64,000 nucleotides of DNA from the NCBI GenBank assembly GCA_009602725.1, contig WELB01000032.1, positions 298,636-362,635 of the forward strand, in the 5' to 3' direction. Source of the stretch: Spirogloea muscicola. Lineage: Eukaryota. Positions 12,339 through 25,409 of this stretch are shown here, piece after piece. Position numbers and translations under genes: made by a program. The number at the start of each line of letters is the position of its first letter. The first letter of the stretch is position 1. The notes beneath the pieces are model-generated. The model was not told the origin of the DNA, did no database searches, and saw only the letters and a program-made list of their open reading frames with translations.

Positions 12339-15300
12339 TTATGATGGCGCCATTGGCATCATCACCATATCTGGCTCAGCTGGCGCTGACAATTGCTCAT
12401 GCTGCCTATGGGCCCGCTCCTCAGCAGCCCCTAGCTCATCTTCCTCAATCCCCCGCCCGGGCTCGCCAGCTCGCCTGCCCTCCTCTGGCTCTGGCGTCTC
12501 TGGCCGCGCCGATGCCACGGCTAACCCCTGCAGCGTTCGTATCACCTCTGTGGTATCGTCCAGATAGTACTTAGCCTTGCTCGGCTTTTGCCCAACCGTG
12601 CATGCAAACACCTCCGTAGGCCTCGCCGCCGATGCACCCAGCATGCCATCTATCTTCTCAAACATGTCCTCGTCAGACCGATCATCCCCAATGCAAAGGA
12701 TGAAGTCTGGAAGCTGCCCTTCGCCCGCCTTGAGCTGGGAGAGGAGCTTCTCCACGACCACACCCTTGCTGACTCCCTGGAGCAGCATCAATCAGGAAGC
12801 ACCACAAGTCAAGACATGGGTGATGAGCCAAAGGAAAAGTGAGCGCCAATTTGTGTGCAGACAGATCTGGCTTGCTATTATGCTGGTGGAAAGGCATGAT
12901 CACGCCAGAGGAGCAGAGAATATGCAAGGACGAGGCCACAAATGGCAAATAGAGAACGAGGATGGGGCTCAAGACATCAAAGTAGAGTGCGTGACATGCA
13001 GACTGGCGCACTAAGTGCATAGCCTGCGGAAGTGTCTGTCACCGGCCCAAAGGTAGTTGAAGAAGTACCTGCGGCTTGACTTCCACAATGTGATGGCCAG
13101 ACTTCACCGACACGTGCTCGCTGGCCAGCACGCTTTCTAGATGGTCTTGCAGCTCCTTGGCTTGCCATGCCCCAAAATCTGGGTCAGCATCTTTATGATG
13201 CCACACCATCGCACTCTCTTTGACTTCTATGAATGAACCATCAGTGCTCTCTGTGTAGAGCTCCATTACTGGTGCAGCAATGCTCTTCCACGCTGTATCA
13301 GTATGGGGCACACTTGTTTCCCAGAAACCTTCTTTGTCCCACCTGCTTGTTAAATGGACAAAGAGGTGCATTCAGGCAATCTGACAGTAGCTGCAGGCTG
13401 GAAGGACAAATAGTTCTACATAGTTCCAAGCACACAGCATGACATCCTGCCTGACCAGGCTAGACACTCCAGGAGATCCTTCATGGACGACGATGCAGAG
13501 AAGATTTAGGTCTCATGTCATCTGTGCCAATGGTGCAAACTAGCTGTCCAGCTCATACTTACCTGTAAAAGTAACCATGCTCTGCGGCAATGCCAAGCTT
13601 GGCACAGCGATCAAACCACTCAGCCAGTGTGTCACGGGATCTACCGGACACCAGAAATACTGCGTTTCTGGGGTCGGCCGAGAGCATGTCCAGAAGGGCC
13701 ATCACTTCGGAGCTCGGCTGCTTATTGATGGACGTCTGCAAGAGACAGAGAAGGCAGCTTCATAAGTCATGCTCCAATTCCAATGAAAATAGTCTATGCA
13801 AAGCTCGCGCACTGTGTGCCTTTACCGTGGCAAGATGGCCTACAGTCTTGCTAGATTGCCCACAACGTCAAAAGTTCTGATGCATGAACAAGAGCAGAAG
13901 TTCCTGTCTACTTGCTTCTAGCCTCAATGTACCATAGGAAGCCTGCAAAGCAGGCACTATACCTGCGGCATCATGGTACCATCATAGTCAAGGAGGATGG
14001 CACGCCTGCTCGCAGCTCGATACTGGCTTACAATGTATTCTGTCTGCAACTTCCTGAAGTTGGGATCCAAAGCAACGGTACGAAAACCCAAACCAAACCC
14101 AATACCATAGCATCGCAGCCGGTTGTGCTCTCTGGTCAACACACGTTGGAGCAGCTGTTACTTGCAACATCAGAAGCCAACGGATGTTGAAGTCTTGTGC
14201 GTGCTGCTATGCAGTGCTGAAACAGATTCATTGTCATGCATGCCATCAAAGTGACCTGAAAGACAGCAAAAGCAGAGAGATGCACGCTAAGGAAGACAGT
14301 GATTATTAAGGGGCATCTCCTGGACAGGCCAAAACTTGGCACAGTACACCGACAAAATCAATTGGCACTGGAAGGGAAATGTTTCACCTGCACGTTCGTT
14401 CTAGGTCTCCCATGAAAGACTGAGCCCAATATGCTACATCATGCGTGGCCACATAGCGGTAGTGCTTCTCATGCCTCATGCGTTGCTCAGCTTCGGGCAT
14501 CGTGATTGCGGCGTTCATGGCTTCTGCGACGGCTTCTACGTTCCACGGGTTGACGCGTATGGCCCCAGACAACGATGGGGAGCATCCAATGAACTCTGAC
14601 ACGACCAGCATGCTCTTCTTTCCAGACTCCCTAACCTGCTGCTCCAAGCCCAGTCGTGAAACTCCTGCTTCATACAGACGAGATTGGAACCTTCTATCAG
14701 CTGATGTAGAAGGCACCATGACCACAGGCATGCAAGTCTATTTGGAGCAGGAAGCTATCCTGCAGGCAAAAGCCTGCTGCAGGGAACAGCCAAGGGCATC
14801 GGCGCTGACATGAGCGTAAGAATGAGGGACATGCCAAATCATATCATGTATAAAGGGAGATGGAAGAAGGATCATGACTGTTTCTGCAGCAACAAGGACG
14901 GGCAGTGGATACCTCTAGAACTGCCGGCAATTGCAGCTCCACGAGCAGTTGCATAGAGACCTGCTGGCCTGCTCTGGGGGTTGCCTCCCTCTCGGCATGC
15001 AACGTACTCATAAGGAATGAGATTCATGCCATCCCTTACAGCCGTCACGACGCAGCACTCCGCAAGGGTGTAGAACGCAATCTTCTCGTAGAGAGGCACA
15101 TGCCTCTCAATGAGTACAATGGGCAGATAGCCGTCCCTCCCAAACTCTTCATTAATCCTCCTGCATGACAGGAGCCAGAACTCAGCCATCGAATACGTGG
15201 CAATCTAGATGGTTGTTCTCTTTCTGGCATTGGCCATCCTCTTAGACAAGGTAAAAGCTATCACTCCACGTCCAAGCTAAGCCTTGGAAACCCATGGAGA

Positions 15301-17466
15301 TATGAGACGACCATGCTTCGTACAAGGAAAACTTTTGCCAGCCAAGAACATGTGTTGGTCCATCAAGCATGCCAAGCTTCATGATGAGGTGCATACTTTG
15401 TAAGAGCATGGGCTTCCTCTTGCACCTCAAGAACATCCTTGCCCCGACCTCGTGCTGGATTGGCAATCTGCACAAGCACTGCCTTCCCCTGCCACTCTGT
15501 GTGTTGCCTCAGGAGCTGTTCCATTGCCAGGAGCTTGAGGCCTGCAACATATTAACAGAAGGATCACAGAGCTCATTGCTACCTGTACATACAACCTGTA
15601 CATACAGACCTCTCTCACTTCAAAGGGACTTGCCTGCAAGACATTCACATCTGCTGCACTCGAACTAGACCAAGACCATGTTGGTCTTCCCAGATGCATA
15701 CCTATGCCTTTGAAGATGTCCATGTCATCAACACCAAGAAGGACCGTCTTGCCCTCAAATTGAGCTTTCAGTTCACCAAATCGCCACTCTGTATCTGCAA
15801 GCTGTAGTCCGATTGACATTTGGCCCATATCTATGCCCACTGGCATGATCTTGATTCCTACGGTGCGGCCATAGTACTCCAGACCTGCAAAACAGGCTCA
15901 CTTTCGCATCATCACCACCGCCTAGCAATATGCCTTGCCGGAAGGCTTAGACCACTGTCTCAATGAGTTTAAAGGCATGATGCGTTGATGTGACAGCTAG
16001 GAGCCACTTACCAATGTATCCACGCTTTGACTCGTACTCTAAACCAAGCATTCTGCTGCAGCATGACAGGAAGTGGCGAGCGTAATCGAAGGTATGGAAG
16101 CCAAGGAGGTCAGCATTCAGGAGAGCACGAAGAATCTCGTCCCTGACTGGGAGAGTTCGGTATATCTCGGAAGAGGGAAAAGGGCTGCATTCACATATTG
16201 CACAGCAGCCATCAGCCAGCACTTTCAGCAGGCACGGGTGCGGGGGGACCCTCTGCTTCATGTGAAGAGGCGGTCCTAGAAATGCAAGGCCATGCTGGCC
16301 GGTGCTTGCTCAATTGCATCACTCAATCAAGACTAGAAAAGCTCCAAGGAGCTGGCTGTTGCAAGAGCTGTGCAGTTGCCGGTGCACACTGAGGTTGTTG
16401 CAACCTGTGTAGGAAAAAGCCAAGGCGCACTTTGTGGAACCGCTTGCGCAAGAATGTAGGTAACACCATGAGGTGATAGTCATGGACCCAGACATAGTCG
16501 TCATCCGGGCTGATAATCTCCATGATCTTGTCTGCAAAAATTTTGTTGGCAGAAACATAGGCCTGCAGGTCCACAGGAGCAGAATTGCATGGACACTGTA
16601 AGCCACTGTTGGTCATACGGAGGTTGCTGTGGCTGCAAAGCGCACGTGGCTCGACCACGTCACAGGTTTCTCAGAATCCTGATGAGGCATGACAGTATCA
16701 GACAGCTGACCTGCCAAAGGTTACGATTGAAGCGGCCGCCGTGGTCTGGCGTAAGGGGCAGCATGTAGTGGAAAAGGGGCCACAATTGCTGCTTGCAGTA
16801 GCCGTGGTAGAACTTGCTCTTCAGCTCCGGGCTGAGGAATGTAGCCACGCTGTTATACTTCTCCAGCAGAATGCTTGCCACCTCGTCCTGCGCGGCTCCA
16901 TCAGGTGGCGGACGGGGTCACAAACCACAGGAGGCGACGAGGCCGTTGATAGAGCGCATTTGCAATGTGGCGCTGCTGCTGTCGCCTGCTCGCTGGGGCC
17001 GCCGGGTGCCAGCCAAGGTGTACTTACCGGAAGGACACCTAAGGTGTCCGGAGGAGGAGCGGTCTTTCAGGAGGAAGAGCGTCACCTGCTCGCTGGGCTC
17101 GACGTCGACGTTGAGGGAGCCGACGTAGAGGACCTCCATGTCCTCGGGCAGGCCGCGCTTCATCTGCAGCAGCAGCGCGTCCTCGTTCCACGAGAACTGC
17201 CAGTCGCGCTCGTCGGGGCGGCGCGTGGCGATAACGGGCAGCTGGTTGGCGACCAGGATGAGGCGCTCCTGCGACACAGAGGACGGCGCCTCCGACGTGA
17301 CGCTGTTGGAGTTCTCGTCGTCCTTCTCCAGGCTCAGGCCTGCCACGGTGGCCGACCGCGGGAAGCCCGAGCGGGAGGCGGAGCCGCCGGGCCGCAGCGC
17401 CGGCCCCTTGGTGAACATTGGCGACTCGCCCGACAGGTCCAGCAGGTTGGCGTACGACCGCGACAT
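12339..17466 (-). CDS. TPS: Class II trehalose-6-phosphate synthase/phosphatase (TPS5-11-like), multi-exon
   Basis: MSRSYANLLDL start; ERLILVANQLP; FYHGYCKQQLWPLFHY; VWVHDYHLMVLPTFLRKRF; GFHTFDYARHFLSCCSR; AVRDGMNLIPYEY; LVVSEFIGCSPSLSGAIRVNPWN; TPP domain LLDYDGTM and CIGDDRSDEDMF. Confidence 0.95.
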
Positions 17467-17657
17467 GGCGGCGGCGCGCGAGGCCCGGCGGCTCCTGGCG
17501 CTGGAGCGGCGGCGGAGGTCAAGCGGCGGCGGCAGCCGGAAGGACTGGCGTCGTCTGCCAGCGGTGGCGGCAGCGGCAGGGGCGTGTGGACGCGCGAGGC
17601 AGCGGCGTTGCAGACGGCGGCGAGGCCGCCGAGGTCGCGAGCGGGAGCAGCGCGGGT

Positions 17658-17849
<192 letters not shown>

Positions 17850-20619
17850 GCGCGCCGCCGCGCCGAGTACCGCCTGGCCCGCCGCGCCCCGCGCCCGGCC
17901 GACTATGCGCGCTACGTGGCCTACGAGACGAGGCTGGAGGCGCTGCGCGCGCTGCGCAAGAAGGCCCTCCTGGCGCGCCTGCGCGCCTCCGGCGCCACCG
18001 TGCACTGGCGGCCATCGATAAGCGACCGCACATACGTGCGCCGCGTGCTCTTCATCTACGTGCGCGCCGTCCGCAAGTTCCCCGGCGACCTCCGCCTCTG
18101 GCTCCAGTACCTCGAGTTCGCCGCCGCGCGCGGCGCCACCAGGCAGATCCAGAAGGTGTTCAGCAACGCCGCGCTCTCCGTCGGCATGCCAACTAATCCT
18201 ATCGCCAGCGCAGCCTTCCTCTGTGCGGGCTTGCTCTCTGTGGTATCCATTAACCCTCGCCAACCCTAATGCCCGTCCCTCCAGCTAAACCCTAGCTTAA
18301 ACTCTAATGTGACTGCATGGCTGTCGGCTATAGCCGCCGCGGCGTCCTGACAGCGCGGCTGGCATCCCACAGATCCTTACGCGCGCGCTGCAGCTGCATC
18401 CGACCGTGCCGGGCCTGTGGATCTACGCAGCGGCGTGGGAGTTTGAGCACAACCTCAACGTCGTCGCCGCCAGGGCGCTGATGCAGCGCGGCCTCCGCTT
18501 CTGCCCTGCCTCTGCCAGCCTCTGGCTGGAGTACCTGCGCCTGGAGCTGACTTACGCGCGCAAGCTCCGGCAACGGCGGGTTGTCCTCGGACTGGTGGCG
18601 GAGAGCTCGCCTCCAGAGGCCAGTGCTGCTACAGACGCAGGCGGCGGTGTCACAGGGAAAACCTCCGCCTCGGATGCAGACGCTGAGCTCACGCTCAAGG
18701 TTGCCCAGGCTATATACCGCAGTGCGATTGCTGCCATTCCAGACAAACCGGCCTTCAGACTACATATGGCCACGGTGCTACAAGAAAGCGACGACCCAGA
18801 TAGCTTGGCGCCCCTGGCAGACGAAGTGTACGAGGGAATAGCCCAAGACTTCCCGACCAGCGCCGATTGCTGGGAGTGGCGTGCTCGGAGGTGGCTGCGG
18901 AAACAATCAGCAGATGGTCGAAGCTCACCCCCGCAAGGCGTTTGGCAGAGAGTGCTTGAGGTATGCCTCTGGGATACCAAAAGTGGAGTATTCGCATGCT
19001 GGAAGCTTGATGTAATGTGGAAAGCGTGTCCCCTTCAGCATAGTGCCTGTCAGCACATGCATGGTGACGGCAAACAGGACTCCTGCTGTCTGTTGCATGG
19101 TACGCTGATAAGATTCTGGTCAGCTTATACGGAAGTCTCTTCTTGATGAAGCAGACTTGGGAGGCAGCTCTTGCGGCTGTGCCCACACCCATCATGTACG
19201 AGAGGTTTATCGGCTTCCTCGAAGAACACGTGGTGCTGGAAGAAGACCGTGCCAGTGAAGAACGTGGCATGGCTGCCGCCAAGGCGCATTCTCAAGAGAG
19301 CATGGCAACGCTGAAGCAGCTCTATGAGAGACTGGCCGCAAAGGACATGATGACTGCCGATCTAGCCGCACGCCGCAAGGCATTCCTACTTCGATGTGGC
19401 TTATTGAAAAGGGCAGATGAAGCTCCTATGGTGACCAGAGCACCTCTGGATGCATCAAGACTGGCTTCAGAAGGAGGGGGAGCTGCCAGTCTTGCTTCAC
19501 AAAGTGCAACAGGCATTGCTAGTGAGCTTCTGCTGCATGTAAGGAGTCCCAACATCTCACTCTGATTTGACCTGCCTTTACCGTGGGACTCACTGGAGCA
19601 ATTAGCAGCAACGTAATTTGTTATGGCCCTACGTTTCCTTTGTGAGCTTCTTGGACACATGATACTGGTGAACGGACTCAACAGGACATGTGTTCCTTCC
19701 TGTTACAGGCTTTGGAGCGTGACGCTGTAAGCAATGAAGTTGTTGAGAAGGTCCTGCAGAGCTTGCAGAAAGGGCCCTTGGACGCTGAGATTGAATTGCT
19801 TGCCTGCTCAATACTAAATTGGATTCTTCAGGCGAAAGGCATATCAAGAACTCGACAAGCTTATACAAGGCACATATTCGTCGCTACTGCCTGATTTGTT
19901 GTGCATTGTAACCGATGTCAGTAGAGTATCGGTATGGTGCAGCATTTGCCCCTAATGTCTACAACAGGTTTATGACACATTGTAGCACCTATTCATTGCT
20001 CCAGTACGATAGAACTGTTAAGGTAACAGTTGTCTTCGTATTGGCATCCGCTCTGTATCACTTCTGAGCGTCAAAACAGAATCTTGCAATCGTCTCCAGA
20101 ATCTCGTTGATTGTAAGCAAGTGCCACTGTGGAGGCAGTTTTGCTGCCCGTCTGCTGACATTGCCAGTTGACCATTCTTGAATGTGGCAGGCTGCTAGGC
20201 TATGCAGGTATGAAGTTGCAGCTATACAAGCAATGTATACAGATTGAGGCATGTGCGGCAGCAGCTGGCGACATTGAAGCACCAAAGCAGTGGCGGACGC
20301 TTTTTGAGTCTGCACTGGGCATATATGGCAGTAAGGATAGCACTCTGTGGCTAGAATACTGCCGGGCAGAGCTCCTGGTAAGTCTGTAAATTTTTGCAAC
20401 AATCAGCTGCATTTGTATAGTCATCACCGTCGTAAGTTGGTGCTTCTTACGAGCAAACAAGGATGAGTTGGTTAATGTTTGCTGCAATGTCACCTTATTG
20501 TCTGTGTTCAGGCAGGCAATCCATCGGCCGCCAATGCTATTCACTGGAGGGCAAAGAAGCTCCTTGAAGAACCAAGTAATTTTCTGGTCAGATATCAAAA
20601 TCTTATTGCTCAGACTTGA
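17850..20619 (+). CDS. UTP6: U3 snoRNA-associated protein 6 (HAT repeats); 5' end lost in gap
   Basis: RRRAEYRLARRAPRPADYARYVAYETRLEALR; IYVRAVRKFPGDLRLWLQYLEF; RALQLHPTVPGLWIYAAAWEFEHNLNVVAARALMQRGLRFCP; C-terminal LFESALGIYG..LWLEYC and AIHWRAKKLL. Confidence 0.9.
18287..18294 (+). promoter_or_regulatory. Telo-box (AAACCCTA) in the first visible UTP6 intron
   Basis: Exact AAACCCTA plus nearby AACCCT variants (about 18252-18270). Telo-boxes are typical of plant ribosome-biogenesis genes. Confidence 0.45.
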
Positions 20620-21054
20620 AGAACCAAGTTATCTTCTGGTTAGAGACCGAAACATTTACAACTCGGATTCAGATAGGTCAGAGTAAGTGTATCTTGATTT
20701 GCGGGAGGGGCTAATAGAATCTATAACCGGAGGAGCTACGCCACCATTCACAGAGATTGTGATGTGTTGAAATAGCTGAATCACCTGCAAGCTTGCAGGT
20801 GACTATTGGGCTGCATTCAAGGTAATTAGTGCAGGACACGCTGTCCAGTATGCACAAGTCATGATGCAAAGCAGAAACCACTCATCTGGCAGTAATATTT
20901 TGCTGGTATTGCTTGGCTGTATTCAAAGAACAAGGAACAATGAACAAAGAACAAAGAACAGCTTGACTAGCGTTTGAAGCTGCGTGCACTATGATGCACA
21001 AGCAGCAACAAGACAGCTTCTCCTTTCCAGCAGCGGATTAAAATCAAGGAAGAA

Positions 21055-22534
21055 TCATCGGTATGACTTCTGGAAGCGAGCACGAGCACCACGGCCACCA
21101 AACTTCTTAGGCTCGCAGTGCCGCGGGTCGGCCACAAGCAACGTCCGGTCATATCGCACAAGGATGTCCTTGATTTCCTTCTTGGACTGCTCGTCCACGT
21201 CTGCGACCAAAGACATGGTATTGTGACGCAGTGCCAGAATGTGCCCACGTTGCCCACGTTGCAATATGCATCAAGTGAAATAACTGTCTGAGCAAAGACA
21301 CATGAACAGCTGCCTTGACATGCTCCTCGCGTGAATTTGACGCTGAGTGACGGACCAGAACCTCAAGTTTGCTGGTTGTGAGTAAATCTCAGCTGGCTGA
21401 CTCAGACTCGAAAATCACACATGTGCCTGATGGATGATGAAGAGACAACTCTACAAATATCTGCTCACATTTTTGATAGTAGGCCACGAGCGCCTTAGCG
21501 ATCGACTGCCGAATGGCTGCACGCAAGAATGACTGACAGGCTCATCAGTGGTGCATCAGCCTGCTGAGACATGGCATGTCTTCAATGGTGGAACAGTCCA
21601 TAACCCAGTTCTCAAGCAGCACACACCGTATATTTGCGACGTATGACCACCGCCCTTCACGCGAATACGCATATCCACATTCGCAAAGCGTTGCCGACCG
21701 AGGAGAAGGACTGGCTCATAAGCCTTGTATCGCATTATCTCGGGCTCAAGAAGCTCAATGGGAGTTCCTGCAAGAGGCCCCAGGACAGGGTAAACCTCCA
21801 TATATGTGACAATCCATCTGGCAGACTTAACTCAGCCAAGACTGTGAAGACAAGCCCTCTGCACAAGCGAAATGCATTGTTGATGCCTGCAAGAACTTTT
21901 CAGCAGCCAGGGGCCAGCTTAGTGCCCAACTGCTCTCTCGTGTACCCAATAACGTCCGCCTGGACGGGGCGCAAAAGGTTGATGAGGCAGCCAGAAGAGA
22001 TAGCGCACAACCCCGCACAATGTCGCACTACTTCACCCCATGCGACCTAGGTCAAACACATCAAAATGTGCGGAAGAAAGATGGCCAGACTCAAGGAGTA
22101 AGTCTGTAGGCGCACCATTAATCTTGATGAGGCCGCGGCCTCGCTTGCAGTAGGTGACGGCAACAGCCGACTTCTGCAAGGCCATTGAGAACGGCGAGTG
22201 CCGCGTGAGTGGAAGCCCAAGTACTTTGTGCCACGCTCCTGAAATTCGCTCCTTGCGCTAACGTGCTATAGATGACCGGCAGCAGCGCCTGCTCCAGGAC
22301 TTAAGCGGCGAGCCCAATGGCGCGCATAGTCTAGCAGGGGGCAGAGCGAGCTCACCTTGCGACCGAAGCACTGAACTGACTGCAACGCCCACCAACATGC
22401 ACAACACACGGCGCACCAGTCAGCGCAACACATGCAGAGCTAGCCCAAGGCAATCATTCGAACGAGTCAGAGAAGCAGGAGGAAGGCAGGAGGCGCAGCC
22501 GCGGCCGGGGAGAGGGTCCCAGCACCTCGGCCAT
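21055..22534 (-). CDS. RPS16: 40S ribosomal protein S16 (uS9), multi-exon
   Basis: [91 protein letters not shown]. Confidence 0.96.
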
Positions 22535-22618
22535 GGCTGGCGGGCCGCCCGGTCGGGCGCGCGCCGCAGCGGGGGCCGCGGGAGAGCGCCCCACGAGCAG
22601 GCGTCCTTGGCGGCTGCC

Positions 22619-22652
<34 letters not shown>

Positions 22653-23177
22653 GTATGACCTGAGTCGGGCAAGACTTGGCAAATAAACCCCTGCCCGACG
22701 ATTTGGACGCCGGTCTGGCCAGGGGGGCCGCGGGGGTTTCTCCCAAGCCGCCGGATGCCGCACATCGGACGGAGTTCAAGATGGACCCCACAGGGGGCCC
22801 CCGGAGACCCCGGCTCTTAAACCCCCCTTGCAAATGCCGCGGCGCTCCCCCCCACCCCCCCAACCCTCACCCGCCGCCGCCGCCGGTGCGCCCCGCCGCG
22901 GCTCGTGCCGCTAGGTGCGCCCCGAGCTCTCTCCCCGCGGCGCCTTGCCCCCTTGCTCAGCCGCCTGCCTGGGAGCGGCCCTTGTGGGCTGCATCCGTGC
23001 TCGGCTCACGGCCCCCGGCGCCTGCAGACTGCTCTTGTGCTGCAGGGGAGCCGCCGGCTCGGCAGGCATCCTCCTCTGCAGCTTGCTGACGATGCGTCCC
23101 CATGCATTGCTCCGTCATGCGCGCCGCAGGGGCGGGAGTCGTGCGCCGGCGTCGCCGCTGCCGCGGCCGCCGCCAAC

Positions 23178-24446
23178 ATGGTGCGGCACAACAACCTCAT
23201 CCCGAACCAGCACTTCAAGAAGGACTGGCAGTCCTATGTGAAGACGTGGTTCAACCAGCCCGCGCGCAAGAAGAGGAGACGAATTGGTGAGGCCGCGGCA
23301 GCTAGGCCGCCGGTGTGACTGCCTCGTAGGCGGCCACTCCTGCTGCTGACATTGTCTGAGCGCAGCATAGCCTGGTGCCACCTCTCGTGGCTAATGCACG
23401 CGCCTTCTCTCTGCCCTCTGCTCGTCCAGCCCGTCAGAAGAAGGCTGTGCGTATCTTCCCGCGCCCCACGGCGGGTCCCCTGAGGCCTGTCGTTCGCTCC
23501 CAAACTCTCAAGTACAACACCAAGCAGCGCGCTGGCCGGGGTTTCACCTTGGAGGAGCTTAAGGTGACGTGCTTCCCATACAGGGCCAGTTGCAAGCATT
23601 CACAAAAGCCGTGGCCATATGGTCTCATTGGGGGTGGGTTATGTGGCCCCAAGGAAGCAAGGGGGAGCAGGAGGCGTGCACACACGCTGTCCTTTGCAGG
23701 CCTAGCCCTATTCAGAGGATATGCTTGTTTGGGGGGCGTGCACGACATATGCCAGAAGGCCGGATGATAGCGCCACTAGCTTGAGTAGCCTGTACCTCAA
23801 ACGTTTGTCAGTGATGGACACTCTTTACATTCTTACCTGAAAGTCCTGCATAAAGTTCTGTTGTCCCATCGAAATCGCTCATCTTGACCCATGAAGGCGC
23901 ATCACAAATCATCATCATATTCTGAAAGAGCGTGCAACTGATCTACTGCAGGAAGCAGGCATTTCACGGAAGTTGGCGCCCACAATTGGGATCGCTGTTG
24001 ATCACAGGAGGAGGAACAAAAGCCTTGAGAGCCTTCAAGAGAATGCTCAGCGCCTCAAGGCTTTCAAGGCCAAGCTCATTCTCTTCCCGCGTCGGTCCAA
24101 GCGGGCCAAGGTATCCACATTTTACGTTGTAACTGAATTTGCCACATTACACTTGTCTGGTACTGGAGTTGCTCACGAGTCTGGTCATATACTAGACCCT
24201 CACCAGTCCTTCATCACTTTGCAGGCTGGCGATTCGAGCGCCGAGGAATTGGCTAATGCCACGCAGTTGACTACCCCAGTCCTGCACATCACCAAGGAGA
24301 AGTACGTACCTGAGATAGTAGAGATCACGGAGGAGATGAGGAGCTTCAAGGCATACCAGAAGTTGAGGATTGAGCGCGTGAATGCCAAGCTTCAAGGCAA
24401 GCGGAAGAGGAAGGCCGAGCTGGCTGAGAAGGAAGAGAAGAAGTAG
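23178..24446 (+). CDS. RPL13: 60S ribosomal protein L13 (eL13), 4 exons
   Basis: [97 protein letters not shown]. Confidence 0.97.
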
Positions 24447-25409
24447 CATACTGGTAGTACAGGCTTTGCTGATGCTGGTAGGATGTGAGCCCACCAATGC
24501 CTCAGTAGCCGCATTGCTTGATCTGATAATCTGATCCGTGCCCGCATTGAGATCAGTCGGGACGACCCGACAGCTTACCTTGACATCAGGCTTGCTGTTT
24601 GGGCTTGTCTGCTACTTTGTAAGCCATCGGGAGGTAATTGCACGGCCTCTGTTTTGTTGTGAACATGGGCTGCACCTTCAGCAGATGTGAGTTGCCCACA
24701 TGGGGGGGTCTATATGAATCGGGACCCAGTTGTTGGGCAAATAAAGTGAAGCACTTCCTGTCTTTGGCTGGCCTTGATTACTGTCACTTGTTACCAAGGA
24801 CTTCAATGACCACCATCGGCAGCCTGAAACTGCAGAAGGTTATGCTTTTGCCCCTCAAACAGCTAGTCGGCGTGTGTGTGCAAAGTTGGTAGATTTGGCA
24901 CGAAGGGCGAGTTGGCTTGCAAAAGCCAGCTCTTCGGAGAATCAAGAGTTGATGGATGGCAAGGCTATGGAATGCTTGCGGCGATGACGGCAAGGTCATC
25001 TTCTAGGGCCTACGTACTTTTCTGTAATGACTTGCGGCTGGCTTACCCGGTCATGGCTGATTAGCTCGCTTGAAGCCCGAAGCCAATTGGAGGCGGAGAA
25101 ACGACAGCTCCCACAACACATGGCAGCAAACAAGCTACGCACCGCGTCGCGGCCGGCTAGCAAGGTCTGAGCCGGCGCCGCGCCGGCGGCGGAGCTGGCC
25201 GTGGCCATGCAAGACTCGTGGCATGTCCTTGAACGGTGGCCATACGGTGCTCTGACTGTGCGGCGTTTGGTGTATTTGGACGTGCTTCCGGCAGGCGAGC
25301 GGCACAGCCGCGCACCTCGTCCAGGCGTAAAAGCTGGCCGAAGGTGCTTGCCCGTGTGGCCCGCACTTGGCTGGGGTTGCGCAATACGTGCGCAGCAGGA
25401 CCTGAGGCC

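Noticed and set aside
20924..20962. (AAAGAAC)n short repeat downstream of RPS16
   Set aside because: Ordinary degenerate microsatellite in a 3' UTR region.
23805..23930. Box C/D snoRNA in an RPL13 intron
   Set aside because: The C box is imperfect (GTGATGG), and I found no clear terminal stem or recognisable rRNA complementarity.
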